Source of the DNA: Mobula hypostoma
Taxonomy: Eukaryota
Reading direction: 5' to 3'
DNA: 64,000 nucleotides
Assembly: GCF_963921235.1 (NCBI RefSeq)
Contig: NC_086101.1
Span: 156,612,001 to 156,676,000 of the forward strand
Part shown: positions 24,617 through 36,714 of the stretch, piece by piece
Numbering within the stretch: position 1 is the stretch's first letter
Layout of the letters: the number at the start of each line of letters is the position of its first letter
The notes under the pieces: generated by a model
The model's database searches: none
Told to the model about the DNA's origin: nothing
Seen by the model: the letters and a program-made list of their open reading frames with translations, nothing else
Position numbers and translations under genes: made by a program

Positions 24617-25262
24617 TGAACTACTTCTGAATTTGCGACACACGAATATCTGACAAAAAGGGCTTCATATCCACTTTTGTGGAAATAATGATCAAATGAA
24701 ACTTATAATAATGACTTAAATGGGCAACACTGTAGTGTAACTGTTAGTGTAACAATGATCCCATGAACACTTCCTCAGTAAATTTTTAGCCTTTCTTTTT
24801 GCCCTACTTATTTGAATTATTTTTATATATAGTTCTTATTATAATTTATAGTTTTTATTACCATATATTCCAATGTACTGCTGCCATAAAACAACAAATT
24901 GGATGACATATGCTGGTCATATTAAACCTGATTCTGACTCTGATTACAGTGCAAGCTGTAAGATCGGTTTTTGATCCCCATTGCTGTCTGTAAGAGTTTG
25001 TACTGTATGTTCTCTCCATGGCTGTCGCCATTTCCTCCACATGCAGATCCCACATCTCCCTCACACGTACACACGCACATTACTATGTATATCTCTTGTT
25101 ACTTGTGGAATGGTCAGGATAACGTGGATTCAATGGAACAAAGCAGATATGCCGTGATGTATGTTTCTTTGGAAGAATCAGCAGAGGTACATTCCTTGAT
25201 GCAGTCACTAAGCTCAATGGCAAAATGAAGTCTGCCATGTGTACAATTGAGAGTACACCTCA

Positions 25263-25490
25263 CACTTTACTTTACTTTATACTTTATTGTCACCAAACAA
25301 TTGATACTAGAACTTACAAACATCACAGCAATATTTGATTCTGCGCTTCCCGCTCCCTGGATTACAAATCGATAGTAAATATTAAAAATTTAAATTATAA
25401 ATCATAAATAGAAAATAGAAAAATGGAAAGTAAGGCAGTGCAAAAAAACCGAGAGGCAGGTCCGGATATTTAGAGGGTACGGCCCAGATT
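25263..25490 (-). mobile_element. 3' end of the same Rex1 subfamily as 23598-24616
   Basis: High identity to 23600-23820 (ACTTTATTGTCACCAAACAATTGATACTAGA...GGCCCAGAT). Confidence 0.9.
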
Positions 25491-25494
25491 GCCC

Positions 25495-26420
25495 AGATTA
25501 AACTCTACCTGCCACTTCTGCGCATATGGGTAACAGATATATACCCCATGGAATACCATGATGGTCCTTTCTCCCATCCACAATTCCACCAATCTCGGTG
25601 TCCTCCACAAATTTGCTATTCAATCTTTTACATTTTTTTATATATTACTGTTCTATATCACAGAAGCCCCAGCACCCTCCCTTGTGGAACACTATGGTCT
25701 CGGACCTTCAGCCACAATGACAGCTCTGCCCATACCCCCTGTCTTCAGTGGGTAAGTCAGTTCTGAATCCAAACATTTAATAAACACTGCATCTTTTACA
25801 CCTTTATCTTCTGAATCAACCTACCATGAGAGCGACTATCTAAAGTCCATGTAGAAAACATCCCTTACATTACAGTCATCAAGCTCCTTTATTACCTCCT
25901 CAAAACAACTTGATCAAGTTTGTTAGGCATGACCTGCCCTGCACAAAGCCAATCTAACTGTCACTAATTTTATTAAGATAAAAAAAACACAAACTATTTT
26001 CTTTCTTGAACAAAGGCACAACATTTGCCCTTCTCCACTCCCTCAGAACCTTGCCTGTTGTTTAAGAGGACACAATGATATTTGTCAAAGCCCCAACATT
26101 CTCCTCACTTGCTCCATTTAATATTCTGTGAAATATCCCATTCAGTGACTTATCCATTTTAATACTTTTCAAAAGACCCAGCCATACACCGTCCTTAATC
26201 TCAAAATGTCCCAGCACATTAGCATTGCACATTCCGCTTTCACTGCCCTCCAAATCTTTCTTCTCAGTAAATACCGGCACATAATATTCATTTAATATCT
26301 CAGCCATGAACTCTGGCTCCAAGCAAAAATTCTGTCCTTTATCCTTGAGTGGACCTTCCCTCTCCTTAGTAGTGCTCTTTTTCTTAATGTAAGTATGAAA
26401 TGCCTTGGGAAAACAAAAGT
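25495..26420 (-). mobile_element. CR1 ORF2 fragment, old
   Basis: ORF 26062-26475(-) has GPLKDKGQNFCLEPEFMAEILNEYYVPVFTE; FSTWTLDS-like decayed YMDF region near 25840-25860. Confidence 0.75.
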
Positions 26421-27479
26421 TAAAATAAAACTTATAGGACCATTGTCTGGGAATGCAGCTCCTTCCCAGCTGCACAACACATAATATTTCATGCTTTTAA
26501 GATGAAAGATATTTGATAGACTTGTCGAATGTCTCTCATTCACATGTGGTGTAATATAGTATTAACATCATTTTGAAAGGCACTGGAGTCATTACCAGTC
26601 CTGAGCTGTTCATTCACTCAGATCAGTAATGAGACCCCCAGGGTCGGTAATGACCATAATACCTGAACAAATAATGTTATTATGATCAATCTCAAAACCA
26701 TACTTGTAATTTTCAGCACTCTTCAGTGTTTTGTTACAATCTGTTAGACAGGCTGATTTGAAAGCATACGCCGAGACTACAGATGGAGATTCATTTTTTG
26801 CAGGGCTCTGGTTGCAGACACAGATTTTAAAATTCAAGTCTCTTGCATCAGATAGCTGAGCACAAAAAATATTAATCCTTCAAATCCACCGAGGAGCTTA
26901 AGCATGCTTGTCGTTAGACCTCCTGGGATCTGGGATTTACATGCATCTGCTACATGACTGTGATGTGAAGAAAGCAAAAGTTTTAGGAGTAAATATCATT
27001 AATAAGTTAGGGAAAGAAAATGGCAATTGCCCAGAGGTTTCTCAGAGATAAACTATATGAGCACTGAAAATGAATGTGATCTGTGAATTAACCTATGCCC
27101 ATTCAACACAAACCGTGCTGTCCAATAGCTCATTAGTTCATCTTGATGAACTGAATCAGACCATTTTCAGCTGACCTTTATTACTTTAATAAGTTTGCAC
27201 CTATAAGATCACCACTTGGGAACAGGTTTGGCTGCTCAATGTTAAAAGTTTGTCTTTGGCAGGTAAGAGGACGAAAACCAATCTAATCTCCACATATCCA
27301 AACCTCTCCCTCATCCATAATGTCCTTGAATTCCTGGTTGCAAGAACTGGAAGCTTGCACTTCCCATTGAGATCATCACCATCCTGTTTCCTTCTCTCAC
27401 CATCTCTCTCACTAGGATTGAGCCATACAGAAGAGAGATAGAACAGCTGGTTAAGTTGTGTCTCAAAACAATTTGGCAC

Positions 27480-27985
27480 TCTACATCAGCAAGTTGAAGG
27501 AATTTATTGTGGATTTCAGGAAGTGTATGTCAGCAGAACATGCAAGGGTGAGCAGCTTCAAGTTCCTGGTTATCAGCATCTCAGTGGATCTACCCTGGAC
27601 CTAACACATTGATGGAATCATGAAGAAGGCATGCCAGAGGCTGTACTTCATTTGGAGCCTGGGAGATTTGATATGTCACCAAAGGATCTCGCAAATTTCT
27701 GTAGATGTACAGTGGAGATCATTCTGATCAGTTGTATTACTGCCTTATGTGGAAGCACCTTGTAGACTCAGCCAGTTCTATCACAAGCAAAACCCACCCA
27801 CCACAGGACATCTTCAAGAAGCAGTGTTTCAGGAAGGTGGCATCCATTATTAAAAACCCTCACCTCCTGGGACAAACCCTCTTCAGGTTACAATAATGGA
27901 GGAGGAGGAGATAAAGGTGCCAGAAGATCTGCACTCATTGTTTTAAGAACAGCTTCTTTTTCTCTAACATCAGATACTTGAAAGG
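27480..27985 (+). mobile_element. Rex1/Babar fragment, old
   Basis: Encodes KEFIVDFRK, SFKFLV, FCRCTVEIIL and DIFKKQCFRKVASIIKNPH. Confidence 0.8.
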
Positions 27986-28343
27986 TGTTGATATGTTGCA
28001 ACAGCACATAGTGGAAGGCATTGAAGGTTTACTAGAGAATTGCATGTGGCTGTTTCATCTTGAATGATATCAACCTTGCTAAAGGATATTAGGCAAAACA
28101 AATTATGCAGCTAAGTGTGAAAAATTGTATGACACTGTTATTGATAATTGTAGATGATGCTCAGATTATAGCAAATCACCAGCCACTGTACTGATGTGAT
28201 TTATGCAGAAATTCACATTTGCAACATATATTCAATAATATTTGTTATGATTAATAAATGATTGTCACATTGAATTCAGGCACATTCATTTGGAGTGGCA
28301 GAATATATTTTTCCTTCACCTTTGTTCTGCTCTTTAGTAAGAT

Positions 28344-28555
28344 GAATTCACCTCTGAAGAGGAATGTAGTTTATTTTGTAAGTAGATCTAAGTCAGAAAT
28401 TAGCAGAGTTTCAGATGGTAAAGGAATCAAATAGTGGCACTGAGCTTTTAACTCAGTGCCACTGTTTGATTTCTTTACCATCTAAAACTCTGTTGATGTT
28501 TGACTTGGATCTACTTACATAATGAACTTCTACGTTGCTCTTCAGAGGTGAATTC
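28344..28555 (+). repeat. Fold-back inverted repeat (101/104-bp arms, 7-nt loop) derived from an old CR1 3' fragment
   Basis: 28344-28444 is the reverse complement of 28452-28555 with 12 substitutions and one 3-nt indel; the right arm continues into minus-strand CR1-like sequence (ORF 28453-28662 RYFFIRKMVYLWNS). Confidence 0.9.
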
Positions 28556-28879
28556 CAAAGATACACCATCTTACGGATGAAGAAATATCTTCCTATCTGT
28601 GTTATGAATGACTGACCCTTCATTTTGAGTGACCCTGTTCTAAATATCCCAGCCAGAGGCAATTTTAATCCTGTATTTTGTATATTTCACAAGATGGATT
28701 TAATTCTTCCAAATTCAAGAGACTTTAGATTCCATCTGCTTAACCTTATCTCACATAATCAAGCTGGCACTCTCAGAAACCAGTTGGTTAACCCTGATGA
28801 AAACAAATATTTCTTTTGTTTTGCTGGTGGTATTGCTTGTGCGCGTGCAGACTTAATGACACAGAGTGGATGTGAACAT

Positions 28880-29103
28880 GAAAAAATCTGCAGATGCTGG
28901 AAAACCAAAGCAACACACACAAAATGCTGGAGGAACTCAGCAGGCCAGACAGCACCTATGGAAAACAGTGAATAATCAACATTTTGGGCCGACACCCTTC
29001 ATCTTGTCCTGATGAAGGGTCTCAGCCTGAAAAACTGACTGTTTACTCTTTTCCATAGATGCTGCCTTGCCTGCTGAGTTCCTCCAGCATTTTGTGTGTG
29101 TTG
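28880..29103. mobile_element. Penelope-derived palindromic unit centred on the hammerhead motif
   Basis: Arms 28911-29003 and 29011-29103 (93 bp each); CTGATGAAGGGTCTCAGCCTGAAAC at 29009-29033. Confidence 0.85.
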
Positions 29104-29807
29104 ACACAGTGTTGAACTATGTCATCACAAATCTGGTTACATCTGCGTTATTTCAGATTTCTAGCTTCCATATGAATTGATGTTCATGTTCACCCTACTG
29201 TGGATGAATTGAATCTCAAGTTTTTAGGGGTTGTGTCTTTAATTCTGACATTTTATGGGTTTGCTGGCCAGAAAGGCATAGGGAAAATATGTTGAGTCAC
29301 AGAGGTTTGTCAAATTGTGCAAAATGCAATTTTTTCTCATAGGTAAGAAACTGTCAAACAGCAGTCAGACATTCTCATATACTTAAAACTCTGGGCAGAA
29401 TTGTTTACATTCAAAATTAAGTTTAATTTACTGAAGGAAAGAACAAATGAAGTTTCAACACAGCTGTTATTCATGTTGATTTAAATCAAGGCAAAAGCTA
29501 TAGTTCCAGAATATTCAAATTATAAACAATTTTATTGGCTACATAAAATAAGTTGATACAACTACAATCAGCATGATTTATCAGTGCCTTTTGATTATGT
29601 ATTGGGAGAGGCTGTGATGCTTCTATGACAGACAGTCACTAATGTGCTTATTCTTGTTCTCATACATTACTCATATAACTGAATCTTCACAAACAGCAGA
29701 ATGGAGATAGCTTGTCCTTTCAGACATATATAACTATTTGTTGTTCCTTAAATCTAAAGTTAAAGTATAGTATTTTTAAGGAACATTTGGCCTAAGGGAT
29801 GTTAATT

Positions 29808-30440
29808 CATAAGAGACCATAAGGCATGAGCAGAATTAGGCCAGGGAAAATGGCCCATAGAGTCTGCTCTGCCATTCAGTCATGGCTGATCTTTTTTTCC
29901 CCTTCTTAGCCCCACTTGCCGGCTTTCTCCCTGTAACCTTTGATGCCATGTCCAATCAAAAACCCATCAAGCTCTGCCTTAAATATACTCAACAACCTGG
30001 CCTCCACAGCTGCCTGTGGTTACAAATTCATCACTCTCTGGCTAAAGAAATTTCTCCACACCTCTGTTTTAAATGGATGCCCCTCTATCCTGAGGCTGTG
30101 CCCTCTTGTCCTAGATTCCCCCAGCATGGGAAACATCTTTTCCACATGTACTCTGTCTAGGCCTTTCAACATACGAAAGGTTTCAATGAGATCCCCTTCA
30201 TCCTTCTAAATTCCAGTGAGTACAGAGCCAATGCTGTCAAGCATTTCTCTTCCATTCCCAGAACCATCCTTGTGAACCTCCTCTGAACCCTCTTCAATGC
30301 CTACACATCTTTTCTTAGATGAGGAGCCTAAAACTGTTCAGAATACTCAAGGTGAGGCCTCACCAGTGCCTTATAAGCCTCAGCATCACATCCCTGCTCT
30401 TGTATTCTAAACCTCTTGAAATTAATGCTAACATTGCTAA
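29808..30440 (-). mobile_element. CR1 3' fragment
   Basis: Homologous to 57468-58130; CATAAGAGACCATAAGGCAT tail on the plus strand. Confidence 0.9.
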
Positions 30441-31172
30441 CAAATCATGTGGAGAATTGTGTGGTGGTGAGGGGGCGTGGATGGGCGGGCAGGAGGTGAT
30501 GGAAGGAATCTTTTTTCATCTGTTTTCTGAACTTCTCAGTGGATTTATTTTGTGCCATGATGCACCAATCTCTGTTTGCTGCCCTCCAGACAAACATCAA
30601 TATCTGATTCTCCTACAACCTATACAGAACTTCAGATAACGGGATAAGAACCTCTACCTATGAAACTAACATCAATGTGACAGTGCACCTATGTCCCAGA
30701 ATGTATATGAGTATAAAATGTAGTTATACTCCGCTGCATAGTTAATAATTTGGAAATCCCCAGCTGGATAATGAAAGTGATGTATTCATTATATTATAAT
30801 GTTGTTAAGTGTTGTTGCTCTAACTAATATTCCATGAATGTTCTATGTCATTTAAATCTTGCTACAATGGATATAAATCCTTGTCATATTTCCTGCGGTT
30901 CAGAGCAGTGGGGCACGATCTGAACAGTCCATTTGGGTGACAACAGCTGTCAGGTATAATCTGCTCAGACTATTTCCACCTCATCACAATATACCTTCAA
31001 AGAATGTTTTTTAGTGATTTTGAATTTCTATTGCATCGTGCAATGTTTTTATGTATCATTTAAAGGATGCTTTTCAAACAACCTTCTATGGTGCATTCTT
31101 TATTTTTTGATTTGGATCACCCTAGTGCATGACACTGGGCAAACACAGTGATGTTAAAACTCACAGTTCACA

Positions 31173-31316
31173 GCTAAGCTTTGATTTACCACTGCAAGTA
31201 TGTTTTTTTCAAAAGCAATGCCACAAAATTCCCTGAATTTTCAAAAGCAATGCTAAACTTTGATTTACCACTGCAAGTATGTTTTTTTCAAAAGCAATGC
31301 AACAACATTCCCTGAA
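31173..31316. repeat. Local tandem duplication (~65 bp) with templated junction
   Basis: CTTTGATTTACCACTGCAAGTATGTTTTTTTCAAAAGCAATGC at 31179 and 31258; the junction 31238-31251 repeats the internal TTTCAAAAGCAAT. Confidence 0.9.
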
Positions 31317-31777
31317 AAGACTTCAAACTGCTTCCACCGATATGTATTTTTCAGTGGAAAACCTCTGCTTCAGAGCAGAAAATGAAGCCATGATCTGCTT
31401 GTGCTTTGGTGTGTGGAAGACATCACCATCATGTCTTCAATCAATGACAGAGGACAATGCTTTCATTTCATTGCTTTACTTAATTCTCACAATATCATCC
31501 TTCGTAGACTCAAGTATCAGATCCTTGTAATGACAGAGATACAGGGCAATATTGGCTGCTGACCAGATCCCCATAAGTCCCTGGCATAGCATGTGGAACA
31601 TGGACATCTGTATCAATAGCTTAATCGAACATGATTCAGAACTCTCCTTCAACTTGCCCTATTCAGTCCTTGAATTCTGTCCATCGGTTCTTGTTTCATT
31701 CCTTATAGTCATTATTCATGTTATTACACCACTAGTGTAGTGTTACTATGCAAGATTCCCATTCTAACCCGGGGTAG

Positions 31778-31935
31778 AGTGACATGGTAGCATAGTGAAT
31801 AGCATAAAGCTACAAGTGACTTGATTTGACTTACAGCATCAGCACATGGGTTCAGTTCTCCCATTGTCCACAAAGAGTTTGTCCTGTCTCCCTACGACTG
31901 CATGGGGGTCCCCGGGTGCTCTGGTGTCCTCTCAC
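31778..31935 (+). mobile_element. V-SINE 5' fragment
   Basis: GACATGGTAGCATAGTG A-box, GGTTCAGTTC B-box, GAGTTTGTCCTGTCTCCC..GCATGGGG..CCCGGGTGCTCTGG. Confidence 0.65.
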
Positions 31936-33778
31936 ATTACCTGTGACAACCAACGGGTAGGACTGGTCAAGGACATTTCCAATCTCTCATTGATACAATC
32001 AGAATTTCCCACCTGCTTCAAGAGGGCAGCAATTCATGAGGAGCAGGGTGAGCTGCCTCAACGACTACCATCCAGTAGCACTCACATATACAGCGATGAA
32101 GTACTTTGAGAGGTTGATTATGGCTAGAGTCCGCTCCTGCCTCAGCAAGGACCTGGACCCACTTCAGTCTGCCTATCGCCACAATAGGTCTACAGTGGAT
32201 ATGAGCTCAATGGCCCTCCATGCAATATTGTGAGCACCTGGACAATACAAATACCTATCTCAGGATGTTGTTTATTAACTACAGCTCAGTGTTTAATACA
32301 ATTGTTCCTACAGTTCTGATCAAAAAGCTCCAGAACCTGGGTCTCTAGTCATAGTCATAGTCATAGTCATACTTTATTGATCCCGGGGGAAATTGGTTTT
32401 CGTTACAGTTGCACCATAAATAATTAATTAGTAATAATAAAACCATAAATAGTTAAATAATAATATGTAAATTATGCCAGGAAATAAGTCCGGGACCAGC
32501 CTATTGGCTCAGGGTGTCTGACCCTCCAAGGGAGGAGTTGTAAAGTTTGATGGCCACAGGCAGGAATGACTTCCTATGACGCTTTGTGTTGCATCTCGGA
32601 GGAATGAGTCTCTGGCTGAATGTACTCCTGTGCCCACCCAGTACATTATGTAGTGGATGGGAGACATTGTCCAAGATGACATGCAACTTGGACAGCATCC
32701 TCTTTTCAGACACCACCGTCAGAGAGTCCAGTTCCATCCCTACAACATCACTGGCCTTACGAATGGTACCTCCCTTTGCAAATGGATCCTCGATTTCCTA
32801 AGCAGGTTGGAAATAACATCTCCACCTCGCTGAGAATCAACACTGGCTCACCTCAGGAATACTTTTAACCCACTGCTTTACTCTTTCTACACCCATGACT
32901 GGCTAGGCACAGCTCAAATACCATCTATAAATTTGCTGATGATACAACCACTGATGGCAGAATCTCAGATGGTGACAAGAGGGCGTGCAGAAGCGAGGTA
33001 TACCATTATGGGGAGTGGTGTCGCAGCAACAACCTTGCACTCAATGGCAGTAAGATGAAAGAATTGATGGCGGACTTCAGAAAGGGTAGGACGAGGGAAG
33101 ACAAACCTGTCCTCACAGAGGGATCAGAAATGGAGAGAGTAAGCAATTTCAAGTTCCCGAGGATCTAACCCAGACCCAACGCATTGATGTAGCTACAAAG
33201 AAGGCAAGACAGTGGTTATATTTCATTAGGAGTTTGAGACAATTAGGTCACCCAAATTTCTACGGATGTACCATGGAGAGCATTCTAACTGGCTGCATCA
33301 CCGTGTGGTGTTGGGGGCCACTGCACAGGATTGAAGTAAGGTGCAGAGGGCTGTAAAATTAGTCAGCTCCATCATGGGCACTAGCTTCAGTAGTTTCCAG
33401 GACATCTTCGAGGAGCGATGCCTCAAAAAGATTGCATCCGTCATAAAGGATCCTTATCACCCAGGGCATGCACTCTTCTCATTGCTACCAAAGGAAGAAA
33501 ATACAGAACCCTAATGGCACACACTCAGCAATTTAGGAACAGCTTCTTCCTTCTGTCATCCGATTTCTGAATGGATGTTGAACCCATGAACACTGCCTCA
33601 CTACTTTTTATTTTTATTTTTGCACTACTTATTTGACTTAACTATTTAATATATACAGATACTTACTGTAATTAAGCTATTTTTTTCTCCATTATTATGT
33701 ATTGCATTGTACTGCTGTACAAATTTAACAAATTTCACAACATATGCCAGTGATATTAAAGCTGATTCTGATTCTGAT
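31936..33778 (+). mobile_element. Rex1/Babar LINE, interrupted by another Rex1 subfamily
   Basis: CLNDYHPVALT..KYFERL, KFADDTT and NNLALN motifs; (GATTCT)n tail at 33764-33776. Confidence 0.9.
32347..32765 (-). mobile_element. Young Rex1/Babar 3' fragment with (TGACTA)n tail, nested
   Basis: ORF 32501-32737(-) ELDSLTVVSEKRMLSKLHVILDNVSHPLH...SFLPVAIKLYNSS; host reads CTGGGTCTCT|GTACCTCCC across the insert. Confidence 0.9.
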
Positions 33779-33779
33779 A

Positions 33780-34200
33780 AATAAATAAATATTGATAACA
33801 TGAGTTATAGTGTTTTTGAAAGTGAATCCATAGGTTGTGGAATTATTTTTGTGTTGGAATGAGTGAAGTTATCCAGTCTGTTTCAGGAACCTGATGGTTG
33901 AGGGGTAATAATTGTTCCAGAACCTGGTGGTGTGGGATCTAAGGTTCCTGTACCTCTTCCCTGATGGCAACAACAAGAGGAGAGCATGGTCTGGATAGTG
34001 GGGGTTCTTGATGATGGATGCTGCTTTCCTGAAACAGCACTCTGTGTAAATGTGCTCAGTGGTGGGGAAGGCTTTACCTGTATTGGATTGGGCAGTATCC
34101 ATTCCTTTTTGTAGGCTTTTCCATACAAAGCCATTGGTGTTTCCATACCAGGCAGTGATGCAGCCAGTCAGCATACTCTCCACTGTGCAACTATGGAAAT
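33780..34200 (-). mobile_element. Rex1/Babar 3' fragment
   Basis: ORF 33869-34405(-) contains ESMLTGCITAWYGN and LLPSGKRYRNLRSHTTRF. Confidence 0.9.
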
Positions 34201-34369
34201 CTGCCCATGCTCGGTGTATCTGAACTTTCATGATAGCTGTGGCCTTACCACTGAGGCCAACAAAGGCGTCTCCCTTAATGTCAACAGAACAAAAGTGCTT
34301 GTCATTGACTTCAGCAAAGCGAGTAATGCACCTGCTCCTGTCAGGATGATGAGAGGAAGTCATCACCCT

Positions 34370-35123
34370 GACACAGTGGTGTCCAGAAAACAACCTCTCC
34401 CTCAATGTCGCAAAAACAAAGGAGCTGGTTGCGGACTACAGGAGGAATGGAGACAGACTAACCCCTATAGAGATCAATGGATCTGGGCTTGAGAGGGTGA
34501 ACAGCTTTAAGTTCCTTGGCATAAACATAAACATCACCAAGGATCTCACGTGGTCAGTACATACCAGCTGTGGGATGAAAAAGGCACAACAACACCTCTT
34601 TCACACAGACAGTTAAAGAAGTTTGTTATGGCCCCCCAAGTTCTAAGAATTCTCTATAGGGGCAAGACTGGCTGGCTGCATCACTGCCTGGTATGGGAAC
34701 TGTACTTCCCTCAATGGCAGGACTCTGCAGAGGGTGGTGTGGACAGCCCAGCCCATTTGTAGATGTGAACTTCTTACTATTCAGGCCATTTACAAAGATA
34801 GTTGTGTAAAAAGGACCCGAAGGTTTATTGGAGACCTGAGTCACCCTAAACACAAACTGTTCCAGCTGCTACCATCCGGGAAATGGTACCAGGACCAACA
34901 GGCTCTGGGACAGCTTCTTCCACCAGGCCATCAGAATGATTAACTCATGCTGACACATCTGTATTTCTACATTATCTTGACTATCCCGTTGTACATAATA
35001 TTTATTATAAATTATTATAATTGCACATTGTACACTTGAACAGAGATGTAACATAAAAGACTTTTACTCCTCATGTATATGAAGGATGTAACTAATAAAG
35101 TTAATTCAATTCAATTCAATTCA
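34370..35123 (+). mobile_element. Rex1/Babar 3' fragment with (CAATT)n tail
   Basis: Same subfamily as 8461-9097; NNLSLNVAKTKELVADY and HPKHKLFQLLPSG; tail at 35103-35123. Confidence 0.9.
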
Positions 35124-35139
35124 ACATCATTGGTGTTGA

Positions 35140-35800
35140 GGTTGAGCGGTTGAGAGTTTCAAGTTCCTAGGTGTGAACACCACCAATTGCCTGTCCTGGT
35201 ACAACTACATCGATGTCATGGCCAAGAAAGCTCTGTGATTTGTCCACTTCCTCAGGAAACTAAAGACATTTAACAATTTTTATTGATTCACCATAGAAAG
35301 CATTCTGTCCAGATGCATAACAGCTTGGTTTGGCAAGAAACTGCAGAGTGTTGTGGACACAACTCAGCACGTCACAGGAACCGGTCTCCCCTCTATGGAT
35401 TTGGAAAGTAGTCAATACAATCAAAGACCACACCTACCTCAAACATTCTCTCTTCTCCCCATTCACATCAGGTAAAAGATATAAAAGCCTAAAAAAAGGT
35501 ATCAACAGGCTCAAAGGCAGCTCCTATCCCATTGATATCAAACACTTAAATGGACCCTTTATACAGTAGGATGGACTCTTGTCCTCACAGTCCATCTCTT
35601 TTTGGTCCTCGTCTTCATCATTTACCTGCACTGCACTTTTTCAGTTTTGTTTACAATACTGAATATTAGTATTGTTTACACTTTATTCTTTGACCTTTTT
35701 CTAGCTCGGTGCACTTTGTAATGATTTGATTGGTATTAACAGTATGCAAGACAAGCTTTTCACTGTATCAGGTATATGTGACAATGATAACCCAAACCAA
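35140..35800 (+). mobile_element. Rex1/Babar 3' fragment, old
   Basis: ESFKFLGVN and IKDHTYLKHSLFSPFTSGKRYKSLK motifs. Confidence 0.75.
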
Positions 35801-36714
35801 AAACCAACCAAACGAAAAGGTCAGTGCCTCCCAGATGCACTTTACTTCAGCCTTCAGCTTCACATCAGGAAGGGCTGGCGCAGGATAAGTGCTTGACTTT
35901 TTCTTTGCTGTTTTAACACTTGTAATTATTTCTTTGTTCTTTAATGTGCCTTAAATTAAGCTTATTTTTGGGATGTTTTGGAGATTATTTATATCACTGA
36001 GTAACTTTCATCAAGGCAGCTCTAAAATTGATTTTAAAAAAGCTTTTAACACTCGGGTAAGAGTCCTAAGGGCATAACATCTAACGTCGGCCCACTGATC
36101 AGTGCCCAATCTCACCGAGGCTACTTGCTGGATGCAAGTGCTTAGCTTGTAGCCAGGGAATGCATCTGAATGTTTCAGGTTCACAGACAGCTGGATGAAT
36201 GGAAATGAAGAGACTAAACTGAGATAAGGCTTGTGTCCCCGCATTAACAATCCACATATTTTTGCACCACCTGGCATCATTCATATGGTTCATGTATTCA
36301 AGCACTTTGGAATCTTCTGAAGAAGTGATGAACCACTACATAAATGCAAGTTGTATCACAGATTCTGTTAATTTCTGCTATGACATTCATTCTCATAGTA
36401 CTCAGATTTACGGACCATTAAATTCTGCAAATATTCGCAGCAAAAGCCAGGAATGACAAAGTTGCAATCAGTTGTGAAGTTTGAATTGCAGACTTAATTT
36501 CAATTCCTTGCAATTTCATCTTCTACTTCCATACCAGATCAAAAATTTGCAACTTTGCGTACCAACTGTTTTGTTTCACTGAACCTCGGAAGATTTTTCA
36601 AGCAAAATGTTGTCTGTTTTAAAATTGAAATCTTTTGCACTTTTTCCTCATGCTAACAAGATCCAAATACAGATTTAGTTTCCCTTTGAGAAGTAGAAGC
36701 ACTCCTTGAGGAGT

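Noticed and set aside
29006-29040. Active hammerhead at the centre of the palindrome
   Set aside because: Cores are intact but the GTC cleavage triplet is replaced by ACT, which breaks the UH rule; likely inactive.
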